Source: Rebecca billardiae RCC1528 (taxonomy: Eukaryota > Protista > Haptophyta). Taken from it: 64,000 nt of DNA. Shown here piece after piece: positions 56,825-64,000 of this stretch. Made by a program: the position numbers and the translations under genes. The notes below the pieces were generated by a model. It was not told where the DNA came from and did not search any database. It saw only the letters and a program-made list of their open reading frames with translations. Location: NCBI GenBank assembly GCA_965240325.2, contig OZ251230.1:372001-436000 (forward strand), written 5' to 3'. How positions within the stretch are numbered: position 1 is the first letter of the stretch; each line of letters starts with the position of its first letter.

Positions 56825-58289
56825 TCACGATGCCGATGGCCGTCGGCCACCGCCGGCAGCGGCACTGGCGGGCCCAGGCAGTGCAGCTCGCTGTGATGCT
56901 GCCCCCCGGCCCGCAGCTGGTAATTCGCCCGCACGGCGCGCCGCCTCCTCGCCCGCCGCCTCCAAGCGGGCCAGCTCGAGCGCGTTCTCGTACTCATCGA
57001 GCACGAGGCGGTCGGGCGTGTGCCCGGCGGCCGCGGTGAGCTTGAGCACGCGCGCGCCCGCGGGGAGCGCGCGCTGATCGACCGCCGCCTGCAGCATCGC
57101 CTTGCACGCGGCGCGCGAGGGGTACTGGCCGATCGCCTCCATCGCGTCGAGGACGGGCGGGATGCGCGCCATCTGCCCGCCCTCGACGGCGGCGCGCATC
57201 AGCTGCGAGAACGTCACCGGCGTCAGCTTCGGCCTGTGCAGCGACTTGCTCAGCTCCTGCTGGTCGCGGAAGATTTCAAACGCGTGCTCGTGCTCGCCCA
57301 GCGCGTTGCACAGCTCGTACATCGAGTCGAACGTGCGCGAGTCCGGGAGGAACTGGGGCAGGGTGAGCATCTTGTCGAAGATGGCGAAGGCGGCGTCGAC
57401 CTGCCCCGCCTTGCCGCACGCGCGCAGCAGCTCGATGTACGTGAACCGATCCACGCGCACCTTCGCCTCGCGCATCTCCGCCCAGACGCCGAGCACGCGC
57501 GCGTACAGGTGCTGCGTGAGCGTGTCCGCGCCCTCGCCCTCCTCCACGGTCACGCGGCGCATGGCGAGGGCGCAGCCGCGGATGAGCATCTCGTACACGG
57601 CGGCGGTGGGCTTCTCGCCCTCCTGCTTCATCTCCGCGAAGCAGTCGAACGCCTGCGCCGCGCCGTCGCCGTCGCGCGCGCGCGGCACGCGGGTGAGCAC
57701 GCGCGCGTGTGTGCGCTCGCGCACCGCGGGAGGCGCGCACCTCAGGCAGCGCTCCCTCGCGCAACAGCTTGTGGATCAGCGAGGGGTAGGTGTGCCCGAG
57801 CAGCGAATCCCAGTGGTCCGGCAGCTTCCGCATCCACTGGTCGAACCCACGCAGCACCGACGGCACGTACGGCTGCACCGGCGCGAGCTGCGGATCTCGC
57901 GAGAGAAGGAAGCGGCTGGGCTGCGGCACGAGCGCAGGCACGGCACCCGGATCCAAGCCGTCGTCCGACTTGCCCTGCGGCTGCGGGAGCGACAGCTCGT
58001 CCGAGTCCGTCAGCGCCGCCGGGAGCGTGGCGGCGTCCGAACTCGCAAGGTGGCGCAGCGCCTCGCACACCTCGCCGTAGGCGCGCGCGCTCTCCTCGCT
58101 CTCGCCCGCGCGCGCGCGATGGTACAAGGCGAGGCGGAGGAAGGCCTGGTCCACCTCGGAGCGGGGCGCATCGGCGGACACGCCCAGGACCTCGCGCGGG
58201 GCACGGGCCGCCGTGCACAACCGCGCGCGCTTGAAGCTTGCCGAGAGCACCTGTCGGCCGACGAACAGCCGACGCGCCGCGGCCGCCAT
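56825..58289 (-). CDS. Pentatricopeptide repeat protein with N-terminal J-like domain, probably mitochondrial, 458 aa
   Basis: Exons 58289-57741 and 57652-56825. PPR units TYPSLIHKLLREGALPE|AFDCFAEMKQEGEKP, TYIELLRACGKAGQVDAAFAIFDKM, TFSQLMRAAVEGG; Arg-rich presequence. Confidence 0.85.
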
Positions 58290-58586
58290 GGCCACCGCCC
58301 GTATCGGCGGCGCGCGATCTGCCTCGCGGTGCAAAGTCAAGCAGCGCAGGATCTGCTTTGAGTGCTGACTGAATGACAATGGTCAAGAACGATCAAACAG
58401 TACTAAGCGGACTGTATACTGTACTATTGAAGCTGCGACGGTTTCTTAGCTGACTAAGACTGCTATGATAAAGGTATCCGTCGAATCAAGTGGCTAAGCT
58501 CAGCTCATCACTCGTGCGCACGCGCGCGACGGGCACGACGCTGAAGTGGCGTAGACCTGCGAGGCGGCGACAGGCAAGACCGTTGC

Positions 58587-59429
58587 TTACGGCAGCTTCA
58601 CCGAGATGCCGTCCGAGCCGGCGATGATGCACGCCGTCGTCATGCCGCAGAAGAGGCCGTGGTCGACGACGCCCACCGTCGCCTTGAGCTGGTCGGCGAG
58701 CGCGGGCGCGTCGGCGATCGGCGACTTGAAGAAGAGGTCGACGATGTAGTTGCCGTTGTCCGTGACCGCCGGCTCGTCGCCGTCGACCTTCGAGCCCGTC
58801 GCCGCCGAGCCGAGGCGCAGCTTGGCCTCGCAGCCCTTCGCCGCCGGCAGCCCCGCGACCTTGCGCATCGTGTGCTCCCAGCAGAACGGCGTGATCTCGA
58901 CGGGCAGCGGGAACGAGGGGCCAAGGCCGTCGCACAGCTTGGTCTCGTCGACGATCACGATGAACTTCTTCGCGCACACCTCCACCATCTTCTCGCGCAG
59001 CAGCGCGCCGCCGCCGCCCTTGATCAGGTTGAGCTGCGGGTCGACCGCGTCCGCGCCGTCGATCGCGACATCGAGCTCCGAGTGCGTGTCGAGGGTGACG
59101 AGCGGGATGCCGAGCTCCTCCGCCTGCTCCTTGGTACGGATCGACGTGGGCACCGCGATGATGTCCTTCAGCTCGCCCGACTTGAGCTTCTCCCCCACGC
59201 GCTCGACGGCGAACGCGGCCGTCGAGCCCGTCCCGAGGCCGACGACCATGCCCGACGTCACGTAATCATCGACGGACTTGAAGCCGACCTGCTTCTTAAG
59301 GTCGTCCTGGCTGGCCATCACGACGCGCGACGAGCGAAGCCCGCTCCGGTTCAGCCGGGTCTGCGAGGCCGATGGCTGAGACACAGGGCTCAAGGCGAGC
59401 GCGCCGAGCACGAGCGTCGTCGCAATCAT
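58587..59429 (-). CDS. rpiA: Ribose-5-phosphate isomerase A, plastid-targeted
   Basis: GLGTGSTA, DVAIDGADAVD, LIKGGGGALLREK, VTDNGNYIVD, GVVDHGLF; signal + transit leader. Confidence 0.96.
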   Translation of the reverse strand: MIATTLVLGALALSPVSQPSASQTRLNRSGLRSSRVVMASQDDLKKQVGFKSVDDYVTSGMVVGLGTGSTAAFAVERVGEKLKSGELKDIIAVPTSIRTKEQAEELGIPLVTLDTHSELDVAIDGADAVDPQLNLIKGGGGALLREKMVEVCAKKFIVIVDETKLCDGLGPSFPLPVEITPFCWEHTMRKVAGLPAAKGCEAKLRLGSAATGSKVDGDEPAVTDNGNYIVDLFFKSPIADAPALADQLKATVGVVDHGLFCGMTTACIIAGSDGISVKLP

Positions 59430-59561
59430 CGAGGGCCGACCTGCGACCTGCGCGACAAGCTTCGGCTGCCCAGTCCGGGGGCGCCGCGGCCGCCGCCGGA
59501 CTGCAGTCAGGTCGGAGCGTTCAGGCCGTTGCTGGCTTGCTGCCACTGCTCGAACTGGACA

Positions 59562-61811
59562 ATGGCGGAGGCGAGCCAAGGCCAGCAGCCGGGCCAAGCG
59601 CAGCGGGCGGTTCATGAGGAGCTCGCCGAGCTGCAGGTGCGCTTCCGGCTGCTCGAGGGCGACCGGAAGTCGTTCTACGAGAGCTCACAGAACGAGCTGC
59701 GCGAGAACAAGGCGCAGCAGGACTGGCTGCGCAACGAGAACAAGGTGCTCAAGGCGCAGCTCACCAAGCTGCAGAAGGAGCACGCCGGCCGCGACGGCGG
59801 CCCGGGCTCCGAGCTGCACGCGCACGAGCTGCAGAAGCTCGAGCACCAGCACAACGTGCTCCGCCAGAAGCACAACTCGGTCTCGTGCGCCAACCGCGAG
59901 AAGGAGCTCGAGGCGCAGACGCTGAACGACCAGCTGCGCGACCTGCAGCGGCACGCCAAGCGGCCGGCCGCGCAGGAGAGCCCGCTCACGCGGCAGATCC
60001 GCATCCTCGAGAACCGGCTGGACAAGGCGATGATCAAGTACAACGAGGCGCAGTCGATCAAGCGCACGTACGAGCAGATCGTCAAGCGCCTCAAGGAGGA
60101 GCGCATCAACTTTGACCACCAGCTCTCGGCGATCGAGGAGACGCTGCGCGCCAAGTCGTCCGACTACGACGAGCTGCTGCTCATGAGCAACGAGGCGTCG
60201 CACGCGCGCGACGTGGCGCGGCAGGAGCTGGGGAAGGCCGAGGCGATCGCCGCCGACGAGAAGAAGCACCGCGAGACCGAGCTCCGCGCGCGCCGCGCGC
60301 TCGTGGACGCGCAGAAGGAGGTGATGGCGCGCATGGGCACGCGCGACTCTCGGCGCAAGGACATCATCCTCGAGGCGAAGGGCGACCTGGACGCGGAGAA
60401 CGAGGAGCGGCTGCGCGAGGAGTACGTCGCGAAGAACGTCTCGCGCGTGGTCGCGGAGGGCGCGATCGCCGACGAGACCGAGCGCGCCTCGCAGTACGAG
60501 GCCGCCTTCCGCAAGATCAAGGAGGCGACCGGCGTCGCAGACGTGAACGAGGTGCGGCGGGGCGGCGCTGCGGCGGGGCAGCGCGCGGAGCCAGGGGCGG
60601 AGGCGGGAGGCGCGGCCGAGGCTCACGGCCCCGGCACACGCGCCCGCCACGCGCGCGCGCGCGCCCGCCCGCGCCCGGCGCCGCGCAGGTGATCAAGAAG
60701 TTCCTCACGCAGGAGGCCACCCTCGAGTCCCTCAAGACACAGATCGCGGACGCGCAGGCCAGGCTCGACACGCTCACAGACGAGCGCGCCGCCGCCAAGC
60801 GCGAGCTGGACGAGCTCAAGTACGCGGGCGTCACGGGCGCGGGCGGGCGGCAGGAGGTGGACGTGGTGGAGCGCAAGCTCGCCGAGGCGAACGGCGCGGT
60901 GGAGAAGGCGAAGACGCGGTACGAGCGCCTCGCCAAGGCGCTCGTCGACCTGCGCGCGGGCGTGGAGCACCTCAACGCCAAGCTCGAGACAGCCTCAAGA
61001 GGGCGCGAGGAGGAGGAGGAGGAGGCGGCGGCCGCACCGGCGGCGGCGGCCGAGGCCGGGGCGGGCGCGCCCGCGGGCGCGGAGGGCGCGGGCGCGCCCG
61101 CGGCGTCCGACGACGCGGTGCTTGCGGTGCTGGGCGCGTGCCAGTCGAAGCTGCTGCGGCTGATGCGCGACGTGGAGGCACCGGCTGACGGCGCGGCCGC
61201 GCCCGCCGCGGCCGCGCCGTTCGCGCGCGGCGCGGTGCGTGCCGACTCCGCGCCCGACGACGCGGCGACTCGAGCAGCGGGCTCGGCGTTCCTCGAGGAG
61301 CTGCTCGACGAGAACAACGTGCGCGTCTCGTTCAGCAAGCTCGACACGCAGGACGACGACGACGACGACGATGACGAGGTGCGCGCGCGCCGTGCGCGCC
61401 TTGCGGTGCACGCGCCCGCGCCCCTCGCGGTCGCGCGCGCTCAGCCGCGCCGCACGCCCCGCTGCTGGCTGCGACCGGCCGCAGGACGACGACGATGCCG
61501 ACGCCCACGATGTGCCCGACCGCGAGACGATGAAGAAGCTCCACGGGGTGCTGCTCGAGAAGGCGAGCAGCAAGGTGCGCAGCTGCGCTCGCCCGCGCAC
61601 GCGCCGCGCCGCGACACCGGCCCTGCCGCCAGAGCGAGCGGGACGGTGCGACACTCAAGGCACACGCGCGCGCGGCGGCCACGGTGCGCAGGGCAAGCGG
61701 CGACGGAAACTGGTTGGCGGCACGCCGCCGGGGGGCGGCGTGGGCTTGTCACCGGCGGCGGGCGCTGCCAATAGCAGGCAGGCGCGCGTGCCCACAACAG
61801 TGCACGAGTAG
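59562..61811 (+). CDS. ODAD3: Outer dynein arm docking complex coiled-coil subunit (CCDC151/ODAD3-like), 629 aa
   Basis: Exons 59562-60551, 60689-61378, 61485-61574, 61692-61811. [47 protein letters not shown]|VIKKF. Confidence 0.8.
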
Positions 61812-61970
61812 CAGCTGCGGCAGCGCGGGACGGGGGACCGGCCGATCCGACTCCGAGACCAGATGGCATGCGCTGCGCGGCTGCGCCAACGGCCGCCGCG
61901 GCGCTCATTACTACTGCAGTGTCACCGGAGTGGCAGTCACGGTCAGTACTCAGTGTCATCAGTGACTCCG

Positions 61971-62102
<132 letters not shown>

Positions 62103-62497
62103 CGGAATAAGTCGTACGGCCAGTACTCGGCACTGCACCGTCACCGTGCGCGCTGCTAGACGTACAGCTGCTACTCCCTGCTACGGAGTACGGTGCTGCG
62201 CTGGCCGGGGCCGGCGGACTCCCACGCGGTCCGCACCGTCCGTCCGTCGTCATCAGGTTATTTATATATAAATTATAATCGGTATTAGTACACGGTCACA
62301 CGTACTATACTGAGTGTCGTCTGTAGTGTCTAAGTGTGACTCGTCACATGACACATGACGCCGATGACGCGGTCTGAGCATGATGGTCCGCAAGGACAGT
62401 GCCGAGTGGGCGGCACAGGCGCACACGGCATAGCGTGGTGGGCACAGTCTCAGTAAGTAGTACGTGAGTAGTAGTACCTAGTATTGATGAACAATAG

Positions 62498-64000
62498 TCA
62501 GTACGTCGTGGGCGCGGGGAGGACGACCGTGGGCACGGCCTCGCCCGCGAGGGCGGTCCGCGCGTCGGCCTCGGCGCGCGCGGCCGCCTCCGCGAGGATG
62601 GTCTCCTCCACCTGGAAGCCCACCCTGTCCCAGACGGCGCCCAGCTCGGCGGGCAGCCACACCTGCTTGCGCGTGAACGCGTCCGCGCCCAGGTACGCGG
62701 CGCGCAGCAGCTCGAGGTCCTGCGGCTCGCACGAGTGGCGGACGAGGGCGATCGCGAGCGGCAGCGCGGTCGCGGGCGCGACCGCGCCGACCACGCGGCG
62801 CATCACCGGCCACGCGCCGTCCGCCCGGCCGCTCAGCTCGGGCACGCGCGCGAGCTCCTCCGGCGTGAGCGTGCGCGCGAACGACGCGTCATCTGAGAGC
62901 AGCGCGTACCCGAACGCGGGCACGGCGTGCTGCGGCGCGGCGCGGACGAGTAGCCTGCGCGCGCGCGCGTGCACGCCGAGCTCGCGCACCTCGGCCGCGC
63001 CCAGCGCGCACGCGCCGAGCGTGAGGTCGGCGCGCAGCGCCTCGAGCGAGCTCGCCTCACCCGTCGCCTCCCACGCGGCGCGCAGCATCGCCACCCACAG
63101 CCGGCGGTCGGCCGGCTCGAGCGCGGCGCCGGCGGCGCCGGCGGATTCGGCGCGCGTGCGCCGGGGCAGGCGCGCGCGCACGAGCTCGCGCGCGCCCGCG
63201 TGCGCGAGCAGCCGCCAGCGCTGCAGCTCGGCGAGCGCGCGCGCCCACAGCGCGTGCCGCTCGCGCGCGTACTGCTCCGTCTCGAGCACGGACAGCGCGG
63301 CGCCGAGCAGCTCGGCAGGGTCAGCGGGCTCGCGCGCGCAGCCGTCGGCGAGCGCGAGGCTCGACGCGCCCACCTCCGCCTCGGCCGCGTCGCCGTCGAA
63401 GAGTACGCGGTACGCGGCGCGCGCGAAGTCGTACCCGTCCGCCTGGCCGCACCGCGCGCCGTGCGCCGCGCTCGGCCCCGCCTCCGCACCGCGCAGCGCG
63501 ACGCGCTCGCCGAGCATCGGCGCGGCGTTGCGCGCCACGCGCTCGACCACCCAGCCGGCCGCCTCGACCCACTGCTGTGGCCGCATGTGCTCGCACAGCG
63601 CGCCGAGCTCGGGCGCGGTGAGCACGCGGACCACCGAGAGCAGCGCGCTGTCCGGCGCGTGGCGCTGCTGCGCGAGCACACCGAGGACGTACCCCGGGAC
63701 CGAGGCGGGCGGCGCGCACGCGCCGAAGAGGCGCAGCAGCCGAGGGTCGCGCACGCGCGGCGGCGCGGCGGGTGCGCGCGGCTGCGCGCCGCCCGCGGCG
63801 CCGGCGGCGGCGGCGCCGCCGCCCGCCTCCGCGCCGCCGGGCTCGCCGCGCAGGTAGCGCTCGAGGAAGCGCTCGGCGAACTCGGCGCCGAGCGCGCGCG
63901 GGTACGTGTGCGGCGGCGCCCCCCTCGGGTTCGCCTCCGCCACCAGCCCGAGCAGCCCCTCCCAGCCTCGGCCGTCGAGCGCGCTCAGGTGTGCGCGCAC
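62498..64000 (-). CDS. 5'-partial hypothetical alpha-helical protein
   Basis: 500-codon open frame running off the window end with Leu/Ala/Glu-rich protein-like composition; no family recognised. Confidence 0.6.
   Translation of the reverse strand: MRAHLSALDGRGWEGLLGLVAEANPRGAPPHTYPRALGAEFAERFLERYLRGEPGGAEAGGGAAAAGAAGGAQPRAPAAPPRVRDPRLLRLFGACAPPASVPGYVLGVLAQQRHAPDSALLSVVRVLTAPELGALCEHMRPQQWVEAAGWVVERVARNAAPMLGERVALRGAEAGPSAAHGARCGQADGYDFARAAYRVLFDGDAAEAEVGASSLALADGCAREPADPAELLGAALSVLETEQYARERHALWARALAELQRWRLLAHAGARELVRARLPRRTRAESAGAAGAALEPADRRLWVAMLRAAWEATGEASSLEALRADLTLGACALGAAEVRELGVHARARRLLVRAAPQHAVPAFGYALLSDDASFARTLTPEELARVPELSGRADGAWPVMRRVVGAVAPATALPLAIALVRHSCEPQDLELLRAAYLGADAFTRKQVWLPAELGAVWDRVGFQVEETILAEAAARAEADARTALAGEAVPTVVLPAPTTY

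Overview
Very GC-rich eukaryotic nuclear DNA with short GT-AG introns. Plastid-targeted genes with bipartite leaders, flagellar genes and many secretory glyco-enzymes point to a flagellated alga with a secondary plastid, most likely a haptophyte (Pavlovales/Diacronema-like; this is inference). About 23 protein-coding genes are supportable: SAM methyltransferase, rhamnosyltransferase-like protein, 23-repeat EsV-1-7 cysteine-rich protein, NSUN2/Trm4-like methyltransferase, DUF616 protein, GT-like protein, GT-like/alginate-lyase fusion, SPRY protein, a ~2730-aa tandem two-repeat 6TM-CNBD-ankyrin channel, PiT/PHO4 transporter, LPA1, HCCS with a twin-CX9C tail, sulfotransferase, Tudor-ORC4, DNAI1, an inverted HSP20 pair, J-like/PPR protein, RpiA, CCDC151/ODAD3 and three hypotheticals. 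Non-coding structure includes a 2.15-kb TA-flanked element with bipartite CACAGT-starting TIRs and an internal inverted site pair, a second candidate TIR element with a Ulp1-like relic, a tRNA-derived Pol III/SINE-like RNA, and long (TA)n arrays. The most notable items are the EsV-1-7 array with position-restricted variation beside the TIR element, the tandem channel with two non-canonical filters, and the Tudor-ORC4 fusion. All family calls come from motif recognition by eye, not database searches.
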